This document shows positions 24,640 through 37,964 of a DNA stretch of 64,000 bases, piece by piece; position 1 is the first letter of the stretch; each line of letters opens with the position of its first letter. The notes under the pieces were generated by a model, which was given only the letters and a program-made list of their open reading frames with translations, searched no databases and was not told where the DNA came from. Made by a program: the position numbers and the translations under genes. The DNA lies in the NCBI RefSeq assembly GCF_964355755.1, contig NC_092680.1:9858001-9922000 (forward strand), given 5' to 3'. The DNA is from Antedon mediterranea. Taxonomy: Eukaryota > Animalia > Echinodermata.

Positions 24640-25235
24640 AAATAAAAACAATATTTATTTCATTTAAACAAAAATAAAAAAACATATTCATCTACATCAG
24701 CAAATCTGTTTCGAACCCGCTAGCGCTTAGAGTATTCGAACAGAGAATTACCCGTTACGACACGAAGTACACGGCTGAGCAGCTGACAATAGTCTATTTA
24801 TACGTACTTCGTATTACATACTTCATCGTTACGTCATAAATATATTCATGACCGTCAAAGCTGGTATTAACCTGTTTATATCCAAGATGACCGGTTAGCT
24901 CAGTCGACTGAGGAGCGTCGTGTTAACAACACGGATGTTGAACCACATGCTGGTCGTGGTGGAATAGAGTTAAAGCTATGCGCGCTACTGTGTTTGGGGT
25001 TCACAGAATTATACGTCCCCCTTTCCACCACACAAGCAAGTCAATGCATCTGGTGATGCCGTGGAAACGACACTATGTCTCTGACCACAGCATTGAGGTC
25101 GTTTCCACGACATTACCAGATGTAGGAGAGGACACCATAGTACTGGGTCACTTAAGTTTTGGTTCAGTCAGTGTTTTTTTTCTGTGGATTCGATCTCGTA
25201 AATTTTATACTTAGCGCCCTTAATTTTAAGAACAA
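24640..25235. repeat. Inverted, diverged copy of 11090-11590 including tRNA-Ile-like head (24889-24935, +) and SINE-like body
   Basis: Shared blocks CAGCTGA.AATAGTCTATTTATACG, GACC.GTT.GCTCAG..GAGCGTCGTGTT.ACAACAC, TGTTTGGGGTTCACAGAATTATACGTCCCCCTTTCCACCACAC. Confidence 0.75.
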
Positions 25236-25663
25236 AAATACATTTCAGCAAATTAGGAACAAATATAGAACATTGTAAAGATGATGCCGATGTCTAGACC
25301 AGCGTTACACAACCTTTTTTTTTTGGGGGGGGGGGGGGGTGTTCTTTTCTTGGTTTTGTAGGATATTATAGGAAATAAATAAAACGTATCTTGTATCTTG
25401 TATTAATAGACATTGCGGCATCTACTGTTACTGTAGCCAAAACGTCATTTGTGTCCCGAAACTCTATGTGTTTGAATTAGGATAATAAATGGAGTAATTT
25501 GAAAAAAAAATTCAAATTAAGTAATTAATTTGTGTCACACAAAAGAGGATGCAAATATTCACTTCTATCAATTCGAATTGTTTTAGAATAGACTACTAAT
25601 CAAACGGAAATATTGCTTATTTAAATGAAATAAATTCAAGAATTGTCTTGAATAACGTCGAAT

Positions 25664-25814
25664 CAGTGGCGTATCCAGGATTTTGAAGTTGGTGGGGGGA
25701 GGGGGGCCGGGAATTGCCAATTTGCCGACAAAATTGGTGTCATTATCTGTACATACACGACGTCTCTGATCAATATATGTTCTATGTTCCCCCCGGCCCC
25801 CCTACTGGATACGC
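25664..25814. mobile_element. hAT-like MITE
   Basis: CAGTGGCGTATCCAG ... CTGGATACGC termini (right TIR clipped), 8-bp direct repeat CGTCGAAT on both sides. Confidence 0.6.
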
Positions 25815-26496
25815 CGTCGAATGATAACAGATTCAAAAGAGTTACTAATACAATTAATAATATTTGCGTCGTTTATCATACCGAAACTTCCCCATAACCT
25901 AGCCTTCGCATTGAACGCGAAACATGTTATCCTTAAAATGTAAACTACGAACGTTTTTTTCTGATAGCGCACTATGGGAGTGTCATTTCTGGGTAACTGG
26001 AGCTGCCATTTATAATTAATGTGCAAGAGTACTATTTCCAGTCATCTAGAGGTGTCATCAAACTAAATTCTCCTCGCCACAGGTCCTACCATGGGGAGTT
26101 CAAATACTTCGTGTCAATCTACCTCCCACTCCCTCTCCAAAAAATGGTGTAGTCTCATGCATTTTAAATATCACAGGTTCGTAACTACACTAGAGTAAGC
26201 AGCAGGAACACACTTTAGATTTCTGGTTAATTTTGAAAAATAAGTTCTATGAAGGTAAATATAACAATGAATATTCTGAACAAATTTAGACAAGTTTGAG
26301 GTATATATGACAAGTAGTTTCCGAGACTTTTTAGAATAGTAAAAAATTTGCTAACAAGCCCTAATTAATAATACTACTAATAATAACATATACACTATTA
26401 AAATAATGGAAACAATAATAATAAACCTGTTTGAAATTCATTTGATGAACATTAAATGTTATTGAACATTTACAATGTTGCTATATTATTATAATA

Positions 26497-29400
26497 TTTC
26501 ATAAGGACCAAGTTGATGCACATAACAAATGTTTCAATTGCAATGAAGAAGGTCATAAAGCCAACCAATGCCCCAAAAATGTCCACATTACATGCCGAAA
26601 ATGCGGGAAAAATTGCCACGTCGAAAAACTCTGTGCGGTCGAAACTACAGGAAATAAACCCACCATCAATCTTACAAATGAAATACGACCAAACGAAAAC
26701 AACGATAACGTTCAACCGACAAAAGCAAATAGTACCACGCCAATGTCGGATTCATCAGTATCTACACCTAAGCATGATGACCCTCTTTTCTTGCCATCCG
26801 CAGGTGAACGTTTCATTCAGGAAATGTTTGATAAAATAGTAAAAGAAAAAGATGATTCGAACAACAATACAAAGATGAGTGATGATATCACCAACGAATC
26901 AATCATAGAAGAAAGTGAAGAAGACAAAGAATCAACCAAGAGAGATGAAATGCCCGGTCTCAGACCTGCTAGTAGCAGCAACAACGCTCAAAGGAAAATA
27001 ACCTCGTTCATCGTGCCACAAAGTCACCCTGAGCAAAAAGACAATATACAAGAACAAGAGCAAGAAAAAGAAAAAGAGGATTCAACGGTTCCCGCCCAAC
27101 AATGTGAACAGAAACCAAATTCATCTTCAAGTGCGCAAAAAAAAAAACAAAAAAGAAAAGAACACAACGAGGGAGCAGCAAGTCATCATAAATCAATTGT
27201 GTGAGTTACTATATATATAACTCATTTATAATTGTCAGATTAAGCTTTCGTAAAACTGTTTTGTAATAAAATAAAATTTAATATCCAACAAAAAATGTTT
27301 AAAATGAATAGAAAACCAAAAAATAATGCCCTACATTTAATCTCATTAAATGCAAGAGGTATACAAGAAAATTATAAAAAAAAAAAAGTGTTTAACTATT
27401 GCGAAGAGCAAAATGCAGACATAATATTCCTACAGGAAACGCATTTCGATAAAAAAAAAATCTATAGATTTGTTGTGGAAAGGCGAAAGCTACCATAGTT
27501 TCGGCACAACAAACAGTAGAGGCGTTTTAATACTGTTTAAAACAAGGTTTGATGTAAAAAACATAACATGTAAATATATTGACGAGGAAGGTAGAATTCT
27601 CATAGTATGTATTATTCATAATAAGACCACCTTTAACCTCGTAAATGTTTATGCTCCAAACAATTACAAGGAAAGAGCAATATTTTTTAAGAAACTTGAA
27701 AATAAGATAAACACATTATGTGATGTAACTAATGAATACATAATAGTAGGAGGTGACATGAATTGCATATTAGATAAAAAGGTAGATCAGAAAAACAGCG
27801 TGAATAGCTAAGATAAATCACCAATAGCATAAAAAAAATGCATGAATAAGTTACATTTAATTGATATATGGAGACAAAGTCATAAAGATAAATCCCAATT
27901 TACATGGAGAAGAAAGGATACGTACAGAAGGTTAGACTTATCAAACCCCCCTTTATAAAAATGGTGACATCATTTCTACAGATATTCGACCTTGTATCTT
28001 CTCTGATCATCAAGCTATATCTTTGAAAATAATAAATGAGGAAAAAAAGAGAGGTCCAGGATTCTGGAAACTAAACAATAAAGTCTTGAATGATGAAATA
28101 TATGCGTTAAATGTTATACACATAATTGAAAAGACAAAAAAAATGAATATAACTTGAAACCTGACAGCTTATGGAATACTTAAAAGTTAAAATAAAAGAG
28201 TTCTCATGTAAATATTGTTCAAGAAAAAAAATTAAAAACAATTATACTAAAAAAAAGTTGATTAAAGAAGTTAGCGAACTTACAAAAAAACTTGATTCAA
28301 CCTACAGCCAAGAAACTGACTGTCAATTAAAAAATAAAATAGAACAACTTGATGAAATATACACATCTGAGGCCCAAGGAGCCCAAATCCGTTCGAGAAT
28401 AGAATGGTTTGAAAAGGGAGAAAAAGTTTTTTCTCGGCCTTGAAAAAAATAATGGAAAAAGAAAACAAATTACTACCCTATTAAAAACTAATGGAAAGTA
28501 CACTACCGACACTAATGAAATTTTAAGAGAACAGGTCAATTTTTACAAAAACTTATATTCCAAAAAAATATATCTGTTAATAATATAAATAGCTATCTTG
28601 GAAAATCAAAATCCAAAACACTTTCATTAAATGACAGTATGCAATGTGAAGGTTTACTAACTATAGATGAATTAACAATTGCTCTTCATAAAATGCACTT
28701 GAATAAAAGTCCGGGGTGTGATGGACTAAGTGTAGAATTTTACAAGTTTTTTTGGAATCATATAAAAGAAATGTTATGTGCATCCTTAAATTATAGCTAC
28801 AATAAAAGTAAATTACCTAAAACACAAAAAAAAAGGGAATAATAAAATTATTATTTAAAAAAGGAAAAAGAGAATCACTAACAAACTGGAGACCAATTAC
28901 ATTATTAAATGTTGATTATAAAACAAAAAGTAATTGCCCCAATTATTGATTCCGACCAAAAAGGTTATATCAACGGACGATTTGGAGGAGAAAACATGCG
29001 TTTAGTCGAAGACGTTCTTTTTCCAGACCAATACATTTAACTTACCCGGAGCAATAGTTTTTCTAGACTTTGCAAAGGCCTTCGATTCATTAGAAAGAAA
29101 CTTTAATTTTAAATGCCTCCAAAAGTTTGGCTTTGGAATGTCATTTACAAAATGGATTACATTGCTATATACAGAAACAGAATGTATTATAGAAAATAAT
29201 GGATGGCTATCTGAAAGTTTTCAGATGGAAAGTGGAGGAAGACAAGGATGTCCACTGTCTGCTCTTTTATTCACACTTGCTGTTGAAATAATGGCTAATA
29301 ATATAAGAGATAATCCTCTATGTAAAGGCATTATGTTACCATGTAATATAGATAATGTAAATGAAAGTACTGTTTAAATTTGTCAATTAGCAGATGACAC

Positions 29401-31187
29401 CGTCTTATTTACACAAGACGAGACTAGTTTAAAACACTTTTTGAAAGAAATAGAGGTTTTTTGTAATATATCTGGATTAAAATTAAATAAAGAAGAAAAC
29501 TAAAGGAATGTGGATTGGTTCCAGCAAAAATAATGAAACAGCACCTTTTAATCTAACATGGACGAAGAATCCAGTTAAATTCTTAGGGATATATGTCGGC
29601 TACAATAAAAGAGTGTGCTAAGAAAAGAACTGGAATGAAAAAATCACTAAACTTGATCAGATCAGAAGAAACCTCTCTTTTTTTGGAAAAATAATTATTA
29701 TAAAAACATTTGCAATTTCCAAACTTGTATATAATGCCAGTGTCATAAATGTGCCTAAATATGTATTCCCAAAAGTAGAAAAGGTATTATATAGATTTTT
29801 GTGGGGTAAAAAAAGAGAAAAAATAAAAAGAAAAACCCTTATAAATTCAATATTAGAAGGTGGTCTAAATATGGTACATCTTAGCACAATGGTTAGTTCG
29901 TTAAAACTTAGTTGGGTTAAGAGATTGTTAAGCCCTGACCCAGGTAAATGGAAATATTTACCAAAACATTATATGTATCCATTTGATTATACTGTCAATA
30001 CTAGTGAACCCAATTTTGAAAGTCATGTAGAACTGAAATGTATGCCTGAATTTTATAAAGAAATGTTAAAAGTGTTAGTGTATTTTAACAATATAAGTAT
30101 TACATACCCGCAAAATGTAAACGGAGTTGAAAAACAACAATTGTGGGAAAACACTTTTATAAAATGCAGTGGAAAAACATTATATTTTAAAAGTTGGATA
30201 CAAGCAGGGTATAAAACAATAAAAGATATAATATATGTTAATCACAGATTAATGACTCCGACAGAATTGATACCCACCCTTTCAGAGCAACAAAATGGAA
30301 TAATTGAATATTTTAAGATTGTAAATGCAATTCCCTCAAATTGGAAGAAAATATTTATAAACAATGAAAAAGAGAGAGACAAACAAGAAATACAAACAAT
30401 ATATTGTAAAAAGTATAAAAATTCATCAACAATATATCTATTACTCCATTTTGTCAATCGAAATGGGAAACAGAATTTAGAAATGTGAACTTTAAGTGGA
30501 ATGAAATATGGTTAAAAAAAGTATATAGCATGAAACATGTAACAAAAGTAGCACAATTTAATTTTAAACTGCTACATCGGATTCTGGCATGTAAACAACG
30601 AATGAAGATATGGAAAATATCTCCTGAAGAATGTGCAAACACTGCCAAAACGAAATTGAGACAGACAAGCACATGCTTTTGAAATGTAAAAGTATCCAAA
30701 AAGTATGGACAAAATTCAATAACATGATTCTAAAATGCTATACACTTGAAGAAACCGTACGTGATTGGCTAGACATTGTTATTGGAACAAAAAGTGAAAA
30801 ATGTCAATGAATTATTATCATTGTTTACTTTTTGTATTTATAATACGAATTTTATTAAATCAATAGAAAAGCATTCAAAAATTAGATCAAAGGTCGTCTG
30901 GAACTTGTTCCGATTTGAGCTAAAAAATCTTATACAGAATCAATATGCTTGTAACATAAACAAGGCAAAAAGGAAATGGGGTAACTTAAAAAGAAAATTA
31001 TTAACTTGTATTTCTTAAAATTACATGTATTATGTTTTAATTTTTTCATTATTATTTTAATTTTTATTTATATATATATATTTAAAACATTTTTTTAATG
31101 ACATTTTATACAATTTCTATATATAACTACACTGTGTAATATGAAGAATGAAATAAAAGTGGGTTGGCCCCACGAAAGAGAAAAAAA
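26497..31187 (+). mobile_element. Second Tx1-clade LINE (different family), 5'-truncated in ORF1, degraded
   Basis: TSD ATATTATTATAATA (26483-26496 / 31188-31201); knuckle CFNCNEEGHKANQC; APE SLNARGI, FLQETH, NVYAPN; RT RQGCPLS, LADDT; many frameshifts; GTGGG..CCCAC hairpin then poly(A). Confidence 0.9.
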
Positions 31188-32736
31188 ATATTATTATAAT
31201 AATACACTAGCTGTTAGTTGTTATTATACAAATAATGAATGTTTATAAGTGCAAATAATGGCATGAGGTCAATGATGAAAGGTTATTTTTCAACGAGGCG
31301 CGAGCCGAATTGAAATATAACTTTTCATCATTTACTAAATGCCATTATTTGTACCATTACACGAATATAAAACATTCATTATTTGTTTTATATAACATCT
31401 AAAATAGATTCCTTTAATTTGAATCAAATAAATTAAAAGGTGGGCCTAGCCAAGGCCCACATTTGATTTGGCCCAACTGGGCTACATTGTAACCCCAAAG
31501 CAATACGAAACAGGCAACTGGAACTATAGGCTATTAGACCGGCAGCCCAGAGACATTTGGTTAGATGAGCTAGGTACCAACATCTGACTATTTGAGTGTG
31601 TTGGGGGTCACTTGAAGTGAATGAAAATGGGAGTCTGCCGGGTACCCCCTGCTGCGTCTAGACCGGGGGGACCCCGAAACGTGCTAAAAAATCGGCACAG
31701 GTTAGATGAGAGAGATACCACCTAATTTTACCACCATGGGATGCCCATTGGCATCCTTATAACAGTATCACAAACGACAGACTTTTTCTCTGCTGCAAAA
31801 GGCCCGCCAGACCCCCCGAGGGAGGGCCTAAAATGGGGTTAGCATAGATGAGTGAGGTACCACTCAAAATCAATTCCAAACGAACAAGTTGTGTTAATAC
31901 AATACAAAATGGATAACAACAGACTAATTGTCTGCTGCACCGCCAGTGCTAGACACCCTAAAGTTAGACTAGAGGCCCCCCTTCCCCCAACTAACCCAGC
32001 TTAGATATTGTAGATACCACCAGCAACCAATGTTATATGATTTAGCACATTGTAAGCAATACCAAATGACCTATTACAGACTATCTGAACACTGCCCTGG
32101 CCCTGGCAGACCCCTCTAAAGTTAGACTAGAGACCCCTATTTCCCCAACTAGCCCAGCTTAGATATTGTAGATACCACCAACAACCAATGTTATATGATT
32201 TAGCACATTGTAAGCAATCACCAAATGACCTATTACAAACTATCTGTACACTGCCTTGGCCCTGGCAGACCCCTCTAAAGTTCGACTAGAGACTCCATTC
32301 CCCCAACTGGCCTAGCTTAGATATTGTAGATACCACCAGCAACCAATGTTATAATTATGATTTAGCACATTTGTAAGCAATACCAAATGACCTATAACAG
32401 ACTATCTGTACACTGCCTTGGCACTGGCAGACCCCTCTAAAGTTCCCCCATTTACCCCAAGTATATAGCCTACCTTAGATATTGTAGATACCACCAGCAG
32501 CAAAAAAAACCACCCAAAACAACATGTTTAATTGAATAAAGTTTAACTTTAATCGAACTAACACAAAACAATTGAAAATATATCACACCAATGACGATAA
32601 AATGACCATTACCATTCTAAAGGGAAAAATAGTTTAAGAGTTTCAATTAAAACTTATATATTATAAGCCAAATATATATAACAAGTATGGATTCGGGTAA
32701 ATTTAGCATTCCTTGCCTTTGGATGTCAAAGATACA

Positions 32737-32766
32737 GTGGTTAACGCCACAAAAGAGAAAAAAAAA
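32737..32766 (+). mobile_element. 30-bp Tx1 3'-end micro-insertion with TSD
   Basis: GTGGTTAACGCCACAAAAGAG(A)9 flanked by (AAA)GATACA duplication; absent from the opposite arm (~35720). Confidence 0.75.
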
Positions 32767-32907
32767 GATACATCCGTCTGTAACTTTTGGACATAGCTTA
32801 GTAATCACCCTAATCAAATTCAGGATTGTAGTAACTTAATCTAAAGTAATTTGATTAATTAATAGTGGGTAATTTTAAATGCTGTATATTATAATCTTAA
32901 TCCTGTA

Positions 32908-32943
<36 letters not shown>

Positions 32944-35066
32944 AATCCAAAGGCAAATTACTGAAAAAATGACAATGCTGTGGGTATCAGTGGCTGGATC
33001 TCAATGGAGATACAATCAAGAGCAAATATATATTTTTATAAAGTAGATGGAACACGGACGTCTATTACACGGTGTTTCACGTTAAACGATCTTCAGATAG
33101 ACTGAACAATACCGTATCTCGATCGAAAAAAATATTTTTAAAAAAAATTATAAATATATATAATTTTTTTTATGTACTTTATTTATGTAGATATGTAGTA
33201 CTGTATCTATTAAAAAAGGTATTTGAACAAAATTAGAGATCTCAATGAGATCCAAATTGACAATTGCCGCAAAATCCTCACTGAGTTTGACGTTGAAATT
33301 CACTCTAGAACTAAGAAGTTGAAAAGAGAACTTCCTGCATCATAGTTTCAAAACAAACTCAGGATTATCGCCAATGACTGCCGTAAACAATCAACGGTAA
33401 TGGCCCGAAGGGAACATCACAAATTTGGTCTACCTGCAGACTTGGTCATTTCAACACAAATGACTCTACCTTCGGATGACTTCAGGGCTTTTAGGAAACC
33501 CTGCAGAAGGTTCGTTGGGACATATAACAAGAATCAGAGCAACACCTCTGATTCAGTTGTTGAAATTAATTGTCGACTTTCCGAAGGAGAGAAAAAACTT
33601 CTTTCCCGAGGACTTAAATTCTGCCCAAAACCAAGGCAGGTCGGCGCACAACAACTATCTTTGGATATAGAGTCTTTTTCTAGAAGATTACGATTACATG
33701 AATATTTTGCTGATTCAGACAGCAGCACCACGCAAAACGAAGGCAACGTTAACAAATTTAAACCAAAAAGTTCCTAGAATCCACCTAAAATTCGTTGTCC
33801 AGCTTTAGAAACATTTATCCAGGCTATTGAGGAGGATGTACAAAACTACGTCCCGAGTCCAGATAAACGTGACAATCTCAAAACAAGAGAGGCAGGCCAT
33901 TGCCAAATTGCGTCAGAGTAATGATATCACCATTAAACCCGCTGATAAAGGTTCTGCCACTGTTGCTATGGACATCAAATTTTATTAAGAGGAATCCTTA
34001 AGACAGCTTCATTATATATCGTAAACTCACAACGGAACCCACCCCGGAAATTGCGGATAAGGTGGCAAAATCTGTTTCTGTGATGGTAAAAAAAAAACAC
34101 TCCATCGATCCTAAGATTTACAGTTACCAAATCCACTAGTAACGTTGATTTTGTGGACACTATAGTGACCATAGAAAATGGTACTCTCAAAAACTGACCT
34201 ATTCCGTAAACCCACTGATAAAAATATGTACCTGCTCCTTAGCAGTTGTCATCCCCAACACTGTACTAAAAACATACCGAACAGTAAAGCATTACCTATC
34301 AGACGTATCTGTTCTTCAGATTTAGATTTTCAGAATCGTACCGAAGAACTAACCGGACATCTCCGGAATAGAAATTACAAACCTATCACCCTAGGTTGCC
34401 TCCATTACGGGGCTATTAATTTATTGAGAAACATATGCCCATTCTACAGTCCACAGAACGTCTCAGGACTGTTTTTCCGGAACCACCCATTATTGCATTT
34501 CGTAGACCTCCCAACCTTCGTGATATATTAGTCAGATCCAAATGTAAGAGTGAAATTAACTCTCATGACAGTCAAAATTTGGGCAGTCACCTTTGCGGCA
34601 AATCTTGCAAAACTTGTTCATTGGTTGATTTTACTGAAAAATTTAAGAGTAACTAAACTGGCCGCATTTTTCGGATAAGACAATCAATTAATTGTCTAAC
34701 CAAAAACGTCATTTATCTCATATACTGTAATATTTGTGGCAAACAGTACGTCGGAGAAACAAAAAACACTCTCCGTATGAGAATGACACAATACAGATCA
34801 GCTATCAACACATTAAAGCTTGTTCAACCTGTAGCCGAACATTTTAATTCAGCTGGTCACTCGGTAACAAATTTCAGAGTTATTGCAATATTCCATGTGT
34901 CAAATGGAGCGACAAAACTCGCAAAGACAAGGAAAAACACTGGGAATTACAACTTAAAACCACAAAACCTTTTGTACTTAACATTAGAAACATACTCCCA
35001 GGTTGGTAAAATTATTCCATTGTCTACCAAAATTTAAGTTTCAATATTAACCACCATTTAAGCTGT

Positions 35067-35253
35067 TTTTAGTTTTATTCTAAAGCTTTATCTATGTTAA
35101 GTACGTCCTTAAAACAGCTTCCACTTAGATAGTTATTTTTAGTACCTATCCTTTCCTGGCGCGACTCTATAGTTCACTATGTCGGTCGGTCTGTCGGTCG
35201 GTCCGGTATCTCTATGTGTTTTAGCACGCGACTTATGGCTGTTGGCCTTGTTT
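35067..35253. mobile_element. Helentron-associated (HINE/DINE-like) insert within Penelope 3' region
   Basis: CGCGACTC..TCACTATGTCGGTCGGTCTGTCGG microsatellite..GCACGCGACTTATGGCTGTTGGCCTTGTTT. Confidence 0.6.
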
Positions 35254-35392
35254 AGTTTCATTCCAAAATTGTTTATACTGTATCTCTACCAAGCTACCTT
35301 CTTTGTTTTCTACTCTTTTTCAGACTCCGTCTGTTGTATTTCTTTTATTCCTGTCCACCCAGGCAGCACTTGCCAGCTCTTATCCTTCACTT

Positions 35393-35429
35393 GCAATGAT
35401 GAAGGGCTAGTGTTGCCCGAAAGCTCTGC
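35393..35429 (+). ncRNA. Minimal type I hammerhead ribozyme motif (mutated core)
   Basis: GCA-ATGATGA-AGGGC..GCCC-GAAA-GC-TC-TGC; core C3 replaced by A. Confidence 0.55.
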
Positions 35430-37639
35430 TAACGTTTCTGGCTGTTTTACTTTATCCTTTTGATTTAGCTTTTCACTTTTTTTTTTGTATCTCCATTGTG
35501 ATTCAGCCAGATACCCACAGCATTGTCATTTTTTCAGTTATTTGCCTTTGGATTTATATATATAAATATATATAGAGGATTAAGATTATAATATACAGCA
35601 TTTAAAATTACCAACTATTAATTAATCAAATCACTTTGGATTAAGTTACTACAATCCTGAATTTGATTAAGGTGATTACTAAGCTTTCTCTTAAAATAGG
35701 TTGCAAGAGTTACAGACGAATGTATCTTTGACATTCAAAGGCAAGGAATTTCAGATCCTCACAATTCTAGCAGGAATGCTAAATTTACTCGAATCTGTAC
35801 TTGTTTATATTTGGCTTATATAAGTTTGAAGTGAAACTCTTAAACTATTTTTCCCTTTAAAATGGTAATGGTCATTTTATCGTCATTGATGTGATATATT
35901 TTCAATTGTTTTGTGTTAGTTCGATTAAAGTTAAAATTTATTGGTATCTACAATATCTAAGGTACATGTAGGCTATATACTTGGGGTAAATGGGGGAACT
36001 TTAGAGGGGTCTGCCAGTGCCAAGGCAGTGTACAGATAGTCTGTTATAGGTCATTTGGTATTGCTTACAATGTGCTAAATCATAATTAAAACATTGGTTG
36101 CTGGTGGTATCTACAATGTCTAAGCTAGGCCAGTTGGGGGAATGGAGTCTCTAGTCGAACTTTAGAGGGGTCTGCCAGGGCCAAGGCAGTGTACAGATAG
36201 TTTGTAATAGGTCATTTGGTGATTGCTTACAATGTGCTAAATCATATAACATTGGTTGCTGGTGGTATCTACAATATCTAAGCTGGGCTAGTTGGGGAAA
36301 GAGGGGTCTCTAGTCTAACTTTAGAGAGGTCTGCCAGGGCCAGGGCAGTGTTCAGATAGTCTGTAATAGGTCATTTGGTATTGCTTACAATGTGCTAAAT
36401 CATATAACATTGGTTGCTGGTGGTATCTACAATATCTAAGCTGGGTTAGTTGGGGGAAGGGGGGCCTCTAGTCTAACTTCAGGGTGTCTGGCACTTGCGG
36501 TGCAGCAGACAATTAGTCTGTTGTTATCCATTTAGTATTGTATGAACACAACTTGATCGTTTGGAATTGATTTTGAGTGGTACCTCACTCATCTATGCTA
36601 ACCCCATTTTAGGCCCTCCCTCGGGGGGTCTGGCGGGCCTTTTGCAGCAGAGAAAAAGTCTGTCGTTTGTGATACTGTTATAAGGATGCCAATGGGCATC
36701 CCATGGTGGTAAAATTAGGTGGTATCTCTCTCATCTAACCTGTGCCGATTTTTTAGCACGTTTCGGGGTCCCCCCGGTCTAGACGCAGCAGGGGGTACCC
36801 GGCAGACTCCCATTTTCATTCACTTCAAGTGACCCCCAACACACTCAAATAGTCAGATATTGGTACCTAGCTCATCTAACCAAATGTCTCTGGGCTGCCG
36901 GTCTATATATAGGCTAATTATGTTTTTTTCATCGATTCCACGTCTTGTAGGGATGTTCCCATTAATTAATCAAAATCCTAAAAACGATAATTTAAATGCC
37001 TTTTTGAATGAAATTAGGTTAGTACATATATATCTCCAAATCGTACACAAAAATCTGCTGCTGCATATTGGTGTTTACAAACAAAACAGAGCCAAGACAA
37101 CAGGTGGCGCTGTTGTATTTCACAGTAATTTGTACACTAGATTTTTTTAATTCACGAAACGTTTTTTTTTCCGTACACAAAAATGTTTAAAAGTATTATT
37201 AAACGATCGTATAAAATGTGCGTACTATTGCACGCCATGTGACCCACGAATTTATTTAGGTGTTATATAAAAATACTAATACACGAATTAACAACATTGT
37301 AAATACTCACTATTTTAATACCGAGCCTACACAATTACCTACCCTAGAGTATCATATTAAAGTAACTCATAAAATAGTACCACGTCAATAATTGACAGCG
37401 ACAACATGTTTTACTTTATAAAAAAAACTACTTGAATCAAATCCTAAATATAAACATCATTGAGGGTACTTTGTATGGTACTTTAACATTCTGGTGGTGG
37501 CACCAGCATATTGTATTCCAACAGCCCAACAACTCCTGAAAAGCTATAAAAATGAAAAACACAGAATCAAGATCAATTGCTGTGTTGGAAATTCATTAAA
37601 TACTGGATGCAGAGAGACGATTCAGGTAAGTATTACATC

Positions 37640-37760
37640 ATATTTTTGATGGAGTAAGAGCAGTTTTCTGTTTGGGCTCATGCTTGTCCCTGGCAAGATG
37701 AAATGTAAAACGTACTTTTAAGAACTTTAGCCGAATAAATATTATTATTATTATTATTAT
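37640..37760 (+). mobile_element. LINE 3'UTR fragment with (TTA)n tail
   Basis: Matches reverse complement of 58450-58575; AATAAA then (ATT)n. Confidence 0.7.
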
Positions 37761-37964
37761 AATTAGTAAAATCAGATGGCTTTGACTAATTACGATATTC
37801 TGTTCATACACATTCATTAAAAAAAATCAATCAACTAATACAACTACAGTGCCAACGGAAGTGGAAGTCAAATACACTCATGACTGCTATTTATTGCAAT
37901 TTATTGTCAGTGAACTTGTATTCGTTCTCTTATCAACGTACAGTAATTGTCTTTTCATTGTATA

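Larger units (their letters stand above)
32943..35556 (+). mobile_element. Penelope-like retroelement (internally deleted RT, GIY-YIG endonuclease, pLTR, inverted 5' pLTR piece)
   Basis: LLSRGLKFCP, FSRRLRLHEYF, IKPADKG, RKPTD..SCHP, NVIYLIYCNICGKQYVGET..RM; 32943-33015 is the inverted copy of 35487-35556. Confidence 0.88.
31535..36905. mobile_element. Foldback / MULE-like element with ~1.4-kb inverted arms containing ~137-bp internal tandem repeats
   Basis: 31535-32910 is the reverse complement of 35575-36905; termini TAGACCGGCAGCCC; near-flanking 9-bp direct repeat TATAGGCTA. Confidence 0.85.
31221..37272. mobile_element. Probable Crypton-type non-autonomous element hosting the foldback
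   Basis: Subterminal hairpin ACAAATAATGAATGTTT..AACGAGGCGCGAGCCGAATTG..AAACATTCATTATTTGT (31228-31386) and far end TATTGCACG..TGTTATATAAAA (~37225-37272); family call from recalled pattern only. Confidence 0.4.
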
